Notes: generated from the letters alone by a model not told the origin. 62,225 nucleotides of DNA from Gemmatimonadota bacterium (GCA_039591485.1 JBDHDN010000001.1:1-62225); one strand, 5' to 3'; positions 26,294 to 35,379 are shown, counted from the first letter of the stretch. A program made the numbers and translations.

Positions 26294-26499
26294 GTAGCCA
26301 ACATGCATGCGCTGCACATGTCAAACAACCTTTCAGCGCGCAGGGATGGTCATGACCGCCTGAACATTGGAGTCGCCTCGGCGCTCACCAAGCCGAATCC
26401 TTCCAGATGGGGACCATTCCCTGACGACCCTGGTCCCGGCCATCCGGCCGGTGGATATTCCCCACGTCTCAGTTCGAGCCCAAAGGAGACCACACCGGC

Positions 26500-27180
26500 G
26501 TGATCACGGTCGAGAAGCTGGAGTTCCGCTACGCCGAAGGCGACTTCAGCCTTCAGATCCCCGAACTCACCATCGAGGCGGGTACCACCGTCGCCTTCAT
26601 CGGTCCGAGCGGGTCGGGCAAGACGACCCTCTTGAACCTGATCGCCGGCATCACCGTGCCGCGGGCGGGCCGGATCGTCACTCAGGACGTCGAGCTGACC
26701 TCCCTCGACGACGGCGCCCGCCGAAGCTTCCGCATCCGCAACATCGGACTGGTGTTCCAGGAGTTCGAGTTACTCGAATACCTCACCGTGCTCGACAACA
26801 TTCTCCTGCCCTACCGCATCAACTCGGTCATGCAAGTCGACGGCGCGGTGCGGGAGCGGGCCGTGCAGCTCGCGGCGAGCGTGGACATCGGCGACAAGTT
26901 GAACCGCTTCGCCACCAAGCTCTCCCAAGGTGAGAAGCAACGGGTGGCCGTGTGTCGGGCCCTGCTGCCGGAGCCGACCCTGCTGTTGGCGGACGAGCCG
27001 ACCGGGAACCTCGACCCCCACAACAAGGGGCGCGTGCTCGACATCCTGTTCGAGTACGCCGCGCGTACCGGTGCGACGCTCGTGACCGTCACGCACGACT
27101 ACGATCTGGTCGAGCGCTTCACGGGAACCGTGGATTTCCGGGAGTTTCATCAGCGCGATCGTGGTGCGGCCGGGACATGA
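26500..27180 (+). CDS. ABC transporter ATP-binding protein (MacB/LolD-type)
   Basis: Track ORF of 226 aa with Walker A GPSGSGKTT, signature LSQGEKQRV and Walker B LLLADEPT. It has a GTG start with an AAGGAG RBS. Confidence 0.9.
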   Translation: MITVEKLEFRYAEGDFSLQIPELTIEAGTTVAFIGPSGSGKTTLLNLIAGITVPRAGRIVTQDVELTSLDDGARRSFRIRNIGLVFQEFELLEYLTVLDNILLPYRINSVMQVDGAVRERAVQLAASVDIGDKLNRFATKLSQGEKQRVAVCRALLPEPTLLLADEPTGNLDPHNKGRVLDILFEYAARTGATLVTVTHDYDLVERFTGTVDFREFHQRDRGAAGT

Positions 27181-28355
27181 CCGACGCCCTGTACCTCGCA
27201 TGGCGCTACCTCGCCTACCACAAGGTGAAGACGGCGATTCTCGTCACATCGATCACCTTGATCGTGTTCCTCCCGGTGGGGCTGCGCGTGCTGGTTCGCC
27301 AGAGCGAGGAGCAGCTCACGGCGAGAGCGGCGGCGACGCCGCTCCTCGTAGGCGCCAAGGGGAGCCCGCTCGAGCTGGCGCTCAACAGTCTGTACTTCGA
27401 AGGCGACGTTCCCGAGACGATGCGCTATGTGCAGGCCATCAGGGTCGATACGTCGGGCCTCGCGCTGGCGATTCCTCTCTACGTTCGGTTCGAGGCGCAG
27501 GGTCATCCCATCGTCGGCACGACGCTCGAGTACTTCGACTTCCGTGGGCTTGGCATCGCGGCCGGCTCCGGGCTCACGATGCTGGGCGACTGCGTGCTGG
27601 GCGCACGGGTTGCCGAGGTACTCGGTGTGGGACCTGGCGATCGCGTGATCTCCTCGCCGGAGAGTGTGTTCGACCTCGCGGGCGTCTATCCGCTGCGGAT
27701 GCACGTGCGGGGCGTGCTCGAGTTCTCCGACAGTCCGGACGACCTCGCGATCTTCGTGGATATCAAGACCGCGTGGGTGATCGAAGGACTGGTGCACGGA
27801 CACGTGGACCTGAGCACCCCGGAGGCCACGACGCAGGTGCTGCAACGCGACAGCACGAACGTGGTAGGGAACGCCTCGGTGGTGCAGTATCAGGAGATCA
27901 CCGCCGACAACCTGAGCGAGTTCCACTTTCACGGTGACCAGGGGGAGTACCCCATCACCGCAGTCATCGCCGTGCCGCCCGATCAGCGCGCCGGTACGAT
28001 TCTCCGCGGCCGCTACTCGTCACCCGATGATCTGGTGCAGATCATCGAGCCCACCGCGGTCATCGATGAGTTGCTGGACATGGTGCTCACCGTGCAGACC
28101 TTCGTGATCGCGGCGGTGGTCGTCGTGGGAATCTCGACCCTTGCCACCGCCATCCTCGTCTTCATGCTGTCGCTCCGGCTCCGACGCCGTGAGATCGAGA
28201 CGATGCGCAAGATCGGTGGCTCCCGCGCCAGCATCGGGTGGGTGATGGTTTCGGAGATCGTCGTGGTGCTCGTGTCGGGTGTGGTGCTCGCCGGCGGTCT
28301 CACCGCGGTCACGAGCCGCTTCGGATCGGCGGCGATCAGAGCGGTGATATTCTGA
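27177..28355 (+). CDS. ABC transporter permease, FtsX/MacB-type
   Basis: Start at MTDALYLAWRYLAYHKVKTAIL, with the ATG overlapping the ATPase stop as ATGA. It has a large periplasmic loop and a C-terminal FtsX-like 3-TM bundle (..LRRREIETMRKIGGSRASI..). Confidence 0.8.
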   Translation: MTDALYLAWRYLAYHKVKTAILVTSITLIVFLPVGLRVLVRQSEEQLTARAAATPLLVGAKGSPLELALNSLYFEGDVPETMRYVQAIRVDTSGLALAIPLYVRFEAQGHPIVGTTLEYFDFRGLGIAAGSGLTMLGDCVLGARVAEVLGVGPGDRVISSPESVFDLAGVYPLRMHVRGVLEFSDSPDDLAIFVDIKTAWVIEGLVHGHVDLSTPEATTQVLQRDSTNVVGNASVVQYQEITADNLSEFHFHGDQGEYPITAVIAVPPDQRAGTILRGRYSSPDDLVQIIEPTAVIDELLDMVLTVQTFVIAAVVVVGISTLATAILVFMLSLRLRRREIETMRKIGGSRASIGWVMVSEIVVVLVSGVVLAGGLTAVTSRFGSAAIRAVIF

Positions 28356-28414
28356 AGATCGCAGAGTGTAGACCGGTGATTGCAGATCGGCGATTGTCAA
28401 CTGCCGATCGCTCA
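28352..28414 (+). repeat. Heptanucleotide tandem array B (about 9 units)
   Basis: The + strand reads CTGAAGA TCGCAGA GTGTAGA CCGGTGA TTGCAGA TCGGCGA TTGTCAA CTGCCGA TCGCTCA. The first unit contains the permease stop codon TGA (28353-28355). It shares the exact units TCGCAGA and TTGCAGA with array A. Confidence 0.75.
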
Positions 28415-28445
28415 TCCCATCGCAAACCTCAACGCCGAGTGTCTC

Positions 28446-29357
28446 ATGGGTCGCACCTACCTCCTCGCGGCTTCCACATTCCTCCTCGCCTGCGGGAGCG
28501 GTGACGCTCGTCTGTCCTCCGGCGAGTCCGAGACCGACGTACCTACGGTCTATACCGTCAACTACCCACTGCAGTACTTCGCCGAGCGCATCGGCGGCAA
28601 CCTCGTGGACGTCCAGTTTCCGGCGCCGGCCGACGTGGATCCCGCCTTTTGGAAACCGGATTCCGAGGCCCTGGCCGGGTACCAGCGAGCGGATCTGATC
28701 CTGCTCAACGGCGCGACGTACGCCAAGTGGCTGGCGGTGGTGACACTCCCCGAATCGCGACTGGTGAACACCTCCGCGGGATTCGAGGACCGCTACATCA
28801 ACTTGGAGAGTGCCGTCACCCACTCGCACGGGCTTGGTGGAGAGCACTCGCACGAAGGCACCGCCTTCACGACATGGCTTGATCCCGCACTCGCGGTCGC
28901 GCACGCTCGCTCGATCACCGGTGCGTTCGTCGCCCGATGGCCGGAGCACGAGGAAGTATTCGAGGCCGGCCTCCAGTCGCTCGAAGCCGACCTGCTCGCA
29001 CTCGACCGCGAGATCGTGGAGATCACGGCACGGGACCCGAGCAAGGTGTTGCTCAGCTCTCACCCGGTCTACCAGTACCTCGCTGCTCGGTACGCTCTCG
29101 AATTGCACGCCATGCAGTGGGAGCCGGACGAACCCCCATCTGAGGCGCAGTGGCAGGCCTTCGCGGACCTGTTGGCCGATCATCCGGCACAGTGGATGCT
29201 GTGGGAAGCCGAGCCGCTCGCCGAGACCGCCGCTCGACTGCGAGCACAGGGTGTGGAGCCCATCGTGTTCGATCAGTGCGGCAACGTGCCGAGTGAGGGA
29301 GACTACCTGAGCGTCATGCGGCACAACGCGCAGAGCCTGGCGCGGGCCTACCGGTAG
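28446..29357 (+). CDS. ZnuA/TroA-family metal-binding lipoprotein
   Basis: Start at MGRTYLLAASTFLLACGS (lipobox). Family pattern VYTVNYPLQYFAERIGG..ADLILLNGA..; a His-rich loop HSHGLGGEHSHEG is present. Confidence 0.8.
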   Translation: MGRTYLLAASTFLLACGSGDARLSSGESETDVPTVYTVNYPLQYFAERIGGNLVDVQFPAPADVDPAFWKPDSEALAGYQRADLILLNGATYAKWLAVVTLPESRLVNTSAGFEDRYINLESAVTHSHGLGGEHSHEGTAFTTWLDPALAVAHARSITGAFVARWPEHEEVFEAGLQSLEADLLALDREIVEITARDPSKVLLSSHPVYQYLAARYALELHAMQWEPDEPPSEAQWQAFADLLADHPAQWMLWEAEPLAETAARLRAQGVEPIVFDQCGNVPSEGDYLSVMRHNAQSLARAYR

Positions 29358-29405
29358 GCGGACGGGCGGATGGAGGGACGGGTGGACGGACGGATGGACG
29401 AGACG
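29358..29405. repeat. Octanucleotide tandem repeat (6 units, NNGGAYGG)
   Basis: GCGGACGG GCGGATGG AGGGACGG GTGGACGG ACGGATGG ACGAGACG follows directly after the TAG of the ZnuA-like gene, in a convergent intergenic spacer. Confidence 0.7.
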
Positions 29406-29437
29406 CGGCGGTAGCCGGGTGAAGCTCCGGATCCGGC

Positions 29438-31642
29438 TTACTTGATCCGTTCCTCCTCGAGCACCTCGATGGCGCTGATCTTCCACGTCTCGTCGATGGG
29501 CACCAACGAGACCTGCACGTCGTAGCGGTTCTGGCGGAAATGCCGGTGACCGAAGTGCGTCACCGTTCCACCGACTGTCCACACGGCCCTTGCATCGAAG
29601 CCACCACCCTCCGCCGGTTCGATGTCCGCGACCTCTACCACCTCGACTGCCTCCACCCGAGCCCGCGCACCACCACGCTCCTCCATGACCATGGCGCGAC
29701 GATGCTCGAGATAGGCGTCCGACAGGGTCTCTCCCGTCACCGTCAGTGCCAATCGGTCGTACACCGTGGCCTCGTCACGGAACTCGAATGCCCGATAGAC
29801 ATTGGGGAGCACGCCGCCAAGGATACGTCGTGCGGCACGCTCTGACGGTGTGGCGCTGAACGCGGGCGGAGCGGACACGGCCACTTGTGCAATTGGAGCC
29901 GCCAGGAATGCCAGCGCCAAGGTCATCCTCGTGCCGGAGAACGAGAGCGCTGGAGCATGTCCTCCGACCGCGGCGACACCGAGCGCCACGGCGGTCAGCA
30001 CGAGCACCAGCGAGACGAGGGGGACCGGCAGCTTCATCGGCTCGACCGCCACACTGGCTACTGTTGGGATCGGATCGTCCAGCAGCTGGTTCTCCCAGCG
30101 TACGGTTGGCGCATCCGGACGTAGCATGACCGATCCGGACGACTCAGGATCGATCACCGTTGCCGGAACGGACGGTACCGCCTCCGTGAAGCCGTCCCAC
30201 CTCAGCGTCACCTCGTCGGGTACGCCGGGCACCAGATGGATCAGCGTCACGCCCACCATTGCCTCACCGACCGCCTCGGGCACCGGCGTCGGACGCGGCA
30301 ACACCCCCAACAGGTCGACTGTCAAGAAGTCAACACGATCGAGGGCACCGGGAGCAGGCTCACCGTCAATGGTGAGCTCCACGTGCGAGCTGACGAACTC
30401 ACCGACCCGCGCAGTGATCTGACCCTGGCTCTCGACCTCGACAACGGCGGCACCGGCAGTGAGCCCGACCAGATCGACAACATCCGCGAGCCTCACCAGC
30501 ACCTCGTGGCGGATCTCGAACGGTTGGATGGCAAGGAAGCTCTGGACCGGCGCATCCGATACCTGCGGAGCCACCCGCCGGGAGCCCGGTGTCGCGCTAC
30601 TCGCCATTGCTCCGATTCCGGGCAGTCGGGCAGTGGCCGCCTCGGCGGCTTGTAGCGCAGTCGGGCGCTCCGTCGCAAGGACCAACACCGCTGCGACGCC
30701 ACTGCCACCGATGGCGTACGTGGCACCCACTCGAAGCCAGACCGGGCGCCAGACACGTGCGATCCGCTCGCTCAGCCAACGCACCGTCAGGGTCGACGCC
30801 AGCAGCGCCGCGTCCATGCCCAGCACGAGGATTGGGAGATACGACCACACGGCATCACTCGGTCCGCCTGCCGGAAGCACGCTGGCCAGTGAGAGCCCGT
30901 GGAAGACTCCCGCACCCGCAGCGAGCCCCTGGAGGCGCTGTTGGGCGACGCGCTCCCGCAGGACCTCGCGCGCGAGAAGGACGACGGCGATTGCAGCACA
31001 GATCTCCGGCACCACGGGATCGAACCCGCCCAACACCACCGCCAAGGCAACAGCACCGATCTGTCCTACCGCAAACGCCGTGACCATGTGGATCGAGCCG
31101 AGTGTGCCACCCAACAGGCACAGTGTCACAAGGAACGCGATGTGCACCCACTGACCGACGACGTGCTTGCCACCCTCGGTCACCGCGGCAGCGGCACCAT
31201 CGAGCCACGCGGCCACAGTGCCGGCCTCGATGTTCGGAACCAACCAGGAATCTTCCGCGGGGGCAAACGCGTGGGCGAACCGCTCTCCGGAGAGCAACTC
31301 GACGCGCACGACCGTGGTGTACTGTGGATCCCGGATCGGGTAGTGGATGCCGACCGCCTTCCCGGCGAGTCCGCCATCGCACCGGTAGGCCTGCTGGTTG
31401 ACCCACGAGCCCTGCTGGTCGAGCAGAATCCGCTCCCCTTCGGGGATGCACTCGTCAGGCAGCACCGGATTCGGCATCGCCTGGATCGGCAGCAGTTTGG
31501 GAACGCGCCACTGCACCAGGAACGACCCCGGCTCGCGTTCACGTATCTGTATCTGGATCGGACGAACGTCGTCGGCGACCGCAGGGCGCGCGGTCGTTGA
31601 AAGCACTACCGCCGCAAGGCTCAGGCGCTGAGTCCAGGTCAC
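29438..31642 (-). CDS. Large (734 aa) polytopic membrane protein of unknown function
   Basis: Start placed at the GTG at 31642 (VTWTQRLSLAAVVLSTTARPAVA, signal-like), overlapping the PPIase stop as GTGA. It has a central cluster of about 6 TM helices, two further TM helices and a soluble C-terminal domain. I recognise no family with confidence; there is only a weak resemblance to HupE/UreJ-type helices. Confidence 0.6.
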   Translation of the reverse strand: MTWTQRLSLAAVVLSTTARPAVADDVRPIQIQIREREPGSFLVQWRVPKLLPIQAMPNPVLPDECIPEGERILLDQQGSWVNQQAYRCDGGLAGKAVGIHYPIRDPQYTTVVRVELLSGERFAHAFAPAEDSWLVPNIEAGTVAAWLDGAAAAVTEGGKHVVGQWVHIAFLVTLCLLGGTLGSIHMVTAFAVGQIGAVALAVVLGGFDPVVPEICAAIAVVLLAREVLRERVAQQRLQGLAAGAGVFHGLSLASVLPAGGPSDAVWSYLPILVLGMDAALLASTLTVRWLSERIARVWRPVWLRVGATYAIGGSGVAAVLVLATERPTALQAAEAATARLPGIGAMASSATPGSRRVAPQVSDAPVQSFLAIQPFEIRHEVLVRLADVVDLVGLTAGAAVVEVESQGQITARVGEFVSSHVELTIDGEPAPGALDRVDFLTVDLLGVLPRPTPVPEAVGEAMVGVTLIHLVPGVPDEVTLRWDGFTEAVPSVPATVIDPESSGSVMLRPDAPTVRWENQLLDDPIPTVASVAVEPMKLPVPLVSLVLVLTAVALGVAAVGGHAPALSFSGTRMTLALAFLAAPIAQVAVSAPPAFSATPSERAARRILGGVLPNVYRAFEFRDEATVYDRLALTVTGETLSDAYLEHRRAMVMEERGGARARVEAVEVVEVADIEPAEGGGFDARAVWTVGGTVTHFGHRHFRQNRYDVQVSLVPIDETWKISAIEVLEEERIK

Positions 31643-32529
31643 GGGCTTCCGCTCGGACGACCCTGTTGCAGTGCTCGCGTGCGAATGGCCTCCTCGTCGA
31701 TCTCGATCAGGTACTGCATGCGGAGGTTGTCGTACAGCAGCCGGCTTGCGCGCTCCCGCGCGTCGGTTGCGTAGTCGAGCAGGACCCTGTCTCTGACCTC
31801 GGAGAGCTCGGGCACGCGGGCTTCGGTCACCGCCGTCACTCGCACCAGATGGAGACCATAGCCGGATACCACCGGCCCTGCCCACTCGTTCGTCGCAACC
31901 TCAAAAAGGGTGGCCGCGAACCGTGAGCCGAAGCTCCGGCCGACTTCCTGTTCGCTGAGATCGCGATACTCGTGCTGCAACATGAAACGGTCTCCCAGCA
32001 CGATGGCCTCAGAGAGGGACAACGACCCGCTCCGAAGCCGGTCCAGCACACGTGCCGCGTCCGTTTCGGCGCTTGCGGCCCGCTGATCGACGTTGAGGTA
32101 CACGTGCTCGAACGACCGCCGCTCGGGAATCCGGTAGCGGTCGACATTCTGCTGGAAGAACGTCGCCAGCTCCGCCTCGCTGGGCTGCACCTGCGAGGCG
32201 AGGTCTTCCGTGATGAACTCGAGCTTCTGCACCAGCCGGCGTCTGATGACCTGGTCGTCGCGATCCAGGCCGACCGACAGCGCCTCACGGTAGAGCACTT
32301 CCTCACGGATGTACGCGTCCACCAGGCCACGCAGCTCGTCCTCGGTCGGCGGCCGTTGCCACCGGCTCTCCCAGGTGCTGGCGAGCCACTGGACTTCGGT
32401 ATCCGTGACCTGGATGAGGCGGGCGGCACCGGCGTCTCCGCCACGCGTCAGCAGGCCGTAGCCGGCGAACAAGGCGACACCCACCACCAGGAAGTGGACG
32501 AGTGGCTCGCGAAGGAGGGGGCGAATCAT
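31639..32529 (-). CDS. Parvulin-type peptidyl-prolyl isomerase (PpiC/SurA-like), membrane-anchored
   Basis: Track ORF of 296 aa with an N-terminal TM anchor LVHFLVVGVALFAGYGLL and a rotamase-like C-terminal part ..WAGPVVSGYGLHLVRVT... Confidence 0.7.
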   Translation of the reverse strand: MIRPLLREPLVHFLVVGVALFAGYGLLTRGGDAGAARLIQVTDTEVQWLASTWESRWQRPPTEDELRGLVDAYIREEVLYREALSVGLDRDDQVIRRRLVQKLEFITEDLASQVQPSEAELATFFQQNVDRYRIPERRSFEHVYLNVDQRAASAETDAARVLDRLRSGSLSLSEAIVLGDRFMLQHEYRDLSEQEVGRSFGSRFAATLFEVATNEWAGPVVSGYGLHLVRVTAVTEARVPELSEVRDRVLLDYATDARERASRLLYDNLRMQYLIEIDEEAIRTRALQQGRPSGSP

Positions 32530-32691
32530 AGCGGAGAAGATAATCAGGAGTCAGGAATCACCCGGGCAGCCCCGACGCACGCTTCCTGGAGGACGACCAA
32601 CGCGTCGGTCGTACCTGCGGAACCGTCGGCCGTCACTCCCGACGCGGGTGGAGGCCGTACCACTCGTGCGCAGCAGCCGGATCGCGTCGGC

Positions 32692-33114
32692 CTACCGGCC
32701 GTCGAGCACAAGCCGGAAGTGGCGACGGCGACGGGTCCGGTATGCGGAGAACCCGCGTCGATCGAGCGTGACGATGTCGGGGACGTACAAGGCCTCGGCG
32801 AGGAGCACGAGGGTCGCGTCGGCGAAATCCATCGGCGTGTCGCCGTACTTCGCCATCAGCTTCGCGGCTTCGCGCAGTTCCGGAGGTTGGCACAGATCGT
32901 AGACCTGCAACGCGCTCGCCTCGACAAACTCGGCGAGCAGCGTGGGACCCCCATCGGCCCCCGCGACGAAGTGCATGGCCTCCGTGATAACCGCTCCAGT
33001 GGTGACGATGCGACCCGAGAAGTCGTCCAAGCACGCGGCGACAGGGTGGTGGGCCGGGTCCCTCGCATCCAGATAGGCCACCAGGGGTCCTGTGTCCAGG
33101 AGCCAGGCATTCAC
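32692..33114 (-). CDS. vapC: PIN-domain toxin VapC (pair 4)
   Basis: Track ORF of 140 aa starting MNAWLLDTGPLVAYLD.. and containing ..DFADATLVLLAE..IVTLDRRGF... It overlaps the antitoxin by 4 nt. Confidence 0.8.
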   Translation of the reverse strand: MNAWLLDTGPLVAYLDARDPAHHPVAACLDDFSGRIVTTGAVITEAMHFVAGADGGPTLLAEFVEASALQVYDLCQPPELREAAKLMAKYGDTPMDFADATLVLLAEALYVPDIVTLDRRGFSAYRTRRRRHFRLVLDGR

Positions 33115-33338
33115 GGCCGCCAGTTGTGAGACCGCAAGGCCGAGCGCCAGGGCTCTTCAGCCCCGCGCCGCAGCTGGAGCCTTCCTCTGAGGTGACCGAC
33201 TCGATCCCCGAACGGACGCTCCACCAGCCCGTCCCGCAGGATATCCCGCGCCACGTCCGAGAGACTCCTGCCCTCCGCGGCCGCACGCCTCTCGAGCGCA
33301 TCGCGAAGTGCTTCGTCGGTTCTGATAGTGATCGTCAT
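33111..33338 (-). CDS. CopG/ribbon-helix-helix antitoxin (pair 4)
   Basis: MTITIRTDEALRDALERRAAAEGRSLSDVARDILRDGL. The start is ambiguous (33338 or 33344). Confidence 0.75.
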   Translation of the reverse strand: MTITIRTDEALRDALERRAAAEGRSLSDVARDILRDGLVERPFGDRVGHLRGRLQLRRGAEEPWRSALRSHNWRP

Positions 33339-33515
33339 ACGCATGTAAGACAGTGTAAGACACACAGGGCCCGTTAGGCAAGACCGGACCCTCGCCTCGG
33401 CGGAATGTGCGGACGCTACGACGCGTGTACCTCTGAGACTAGCCGCGATCGCTCAGCGGGTATCGGATGGTTGCGCTGCCGGATGACTCGTGGCTCGAGT
33501 GGGGCGCGTGACTCC

Positions 33516-34367
33516 TCACACGTCCAGCGTCAGATCTGCCGTCCGCACGCTGTGGGTAAGCGCACCGATCGACACGAAGTCGGCACCGGCCTCTGCGTAG
33601 GCGCGCACCGTGTCGAGCGTGATCCCGCCCGTGGCCTCGATCTCGATGGTGGGTGCGCATTGGCGGGCGAGCGTCGTGAGGTCGCGGAACTCTTCGGGGG
33701 ACCGGTTGTCGATCAGCAGCCGGTTGGCACCCGCTCGACAGGCCACCACGACCTGCGCCGGCGACTCCGCCTCGACCTGCACGGCGAGTGCGCCGCGTCG
33801 CCTGGCCTCCTTCACCACGGAGTCGAGCTCTCGGCCACTCGCGTCGAGCAGGGCCCAGTGGTTGTCCTTGAGCATGACGATCCGGTCGAGTCCAAGCCGG
33901 TGGAGCTGGCCCCCACCGGCGAGCACCGCCGCGACGTCGAACAGCCTGAGCCCGGGAGCGGTCTTGCGGGTATGAAGTATCTGGCAGGACGTACCGGCCA
34001 CGGCCTCGACGTACCGCCGCGTCGCCGTGGCGATCCCGCACGCACGCTGGAGCATGTTGAGCAGGGGCCGCTCCACCCGGAGCAGTGAGGCAGCGTCACC
34101 CCGCACCGTACCCACTACGTCACCCGAGCCGAGCAATGCCCCGTCGCTCACGGCCCACGTGATCCCGCACCCGCCAAGAGCGGCCACGGCAGCGCCGTAG
34201 CTGAGCCCGGCGACCACGAGTGGCTGGCGCGAGCGAATCACGCCCTCGGCTTGGCCGGTGGGCTCGGTGACGTCCGTGGTGATATCGATCGGGCCGTCTT
34301 CGTCGAGTGCCGCCCGGGCGAGGCGGCGCGCGTCCGCGAGGCGGGTAGCACGATCGAGGGTGGTCAA
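33516..34367 (-). CDS. nadC: Nicotinate-nucleotide pyrophosphorylase (carboxylating), quinolinate phosphoribosyltransferase
   Basis: Track ORF of 283 aa with ..ERPLLNMLQRACGIATATRRYV..ILHTRKTAPGLR..MLKDNH..IEIEATGGITL... Confidence 0.9.
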   Translation of the reverse strand: MTTLDRATRLADARRLARAALDEDGPIDITTDVTEPTGQAEGVIRSRQPLVVAGLSYGAAVAALGGCGITWAVSDGALLGSGDVVGTVRGDAASLLRVERPLLNMLQRACGIATATRRYVEAVAGTSCQILHTRKTAPGLRLFDVAAVLAGGGQLHRLGLDRIVMLKDNHWALLDASGRELDSVVKEARRRGALAVQVEAESPAQVVVACRAGANRLLIDNRSPEEFRDLTTLARQCAPTIEIEATGGITLDTVRAYAEAGADFVSIGALTHSVRTADLTLDV

Positions 34368-34386
34368 CGCGACTCGGCTCCTCCTC

Positions 34387-35379
34387 CTATCCGAGTGCGA
34401 CCATCCGGTCGATGGCGGCGCGTGCCCGCTCGGCGATCTCCGGCGGCACCGTGACGACGTGCCGGTCGTCCCGCAGCGCGTTGCGCACGTCCTCGAGCGT
34501 GATGGTCTTCATGTAGTGGCACACGGCTTCGGGATCGGCCGGCACGAACTCCTTGTCGGGCGCGATCTGCTGCATCCGGTGCATGATGCCCACTTCCGTC
34601 GCCACGATGTAACGAGCCGCCGTGCCGGAGCTTGCCGCGCGGATCATTCCCTCCGTGGACGCGATGTGCACGCCGTTGTGGTCCACGTCACCGAGCCCGA
34701 TACCGTAGATGAGTTGCCCGGCGCAGCCGCATTCCGGGTGGACGAGCACCTCGGCATCAGGATACGCGCTGCGCTTGGCGTTGACGGTGCGCGCATGGAT
34801 GGCCTTGTGCACGTGGCACTCGCCCATCCAGACCTCGACGGTACGGTCGGGCCGCTCGCGTTTGATGTGAGCTCCGAGGAAGAAGTCGGGCAGGAACAGA
34901 ATGCCCTTGTTCGCGGGAATCGCGTCGATCACTTCGAGGACGTTGCCGCTGGTGCAGCAGTAATCCAACTCGGCCTTGACCTCGGCCGACGTATTGACGT
35001 AGCCCACTGCCACGTACTCAGGAAACTCCGCGCGCCACCGGCGCACGTCCTCGGCGGTAATCGTCTCCGCCAGCGAGCACCCGGCGTCGAGGTTGGGGAG
35101 CAGCACCCGCTTGTCCGGTGACAGGATCGCCGCCGTCTCCGCCATGAAGTGCACCCCCGCGAAGACGATCACGTCGGCGTCCGTGCTTGCCGCCTCCCGC
35201 GACAGGCCCAGCGAGTCGCCGACGTAGTCCGCCACGTCCTGCACTTCGGCCCGCTGGTAGTTGTGTGCGAGCACCACCGCGCATCGCTCGGCGGCGAGCG
35301 CGCGGATCTCACTGTGCAATTCGCGGATGCGCTTGGGAGATGGGGTCGACCAGTCGACCACTGGCATCGGTACGGCCAC
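34387..35379 (-). CDS. nadA: Quinolinate synthase
   Basis: Track ORF of 330 aa with ..VLAHNYQRAEVQDVADYVGDSL..GVHFMAETAAILSP..CSLA..HPECG... It has a GTG start with an AGGAGAGGGA RBS; an alternative ATG lies at 35367. Confidence 0.9.
   Translation of the reverse strand: MAVPMPVVDWSTPSPKRIRELHSEIRALAAERCAVVLAHNYQRAEVQDVADYVGDSLGLSREAASTDADVIVFAGVHFMAETAAILSPDKRVLLPNLDAGCSLAETITAEDVRRWRAEFPEYVAVGYVNTSAEVKAELDYCCTSGNVLEVIDAIPANKGILFLPDFFLGAHIKRERPDRTVEVWMGECHVHKAIHARTVNAKRSAYPDAEVLVHPECGCAGQLIYGIGLGDVDHNGVHIASTEGMIRAASSGTAARYIVATEVGIMHRMQQIAPDKEFVPADPEAVCHYMKTITLEDVRNALRDDRHVVTVPPEIAERARAAIDRMVALG

Noticed and set aside
26289-26325. GACATGT..GCATGC..ACATGTC dyad around the start of antitoxin 3 as an operator
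   Set aside because: It overlaps the alternative start codons and the coding sequence itself. It cannot be separated from coding constraints by eye.
28020-29582. 520-aa minus-strand ORF
   Set aside because: It is antisense to the FtsX-type permease and the ZnuA-like gene and crosses array B and the octamer repeat. It is a shadow ORF.
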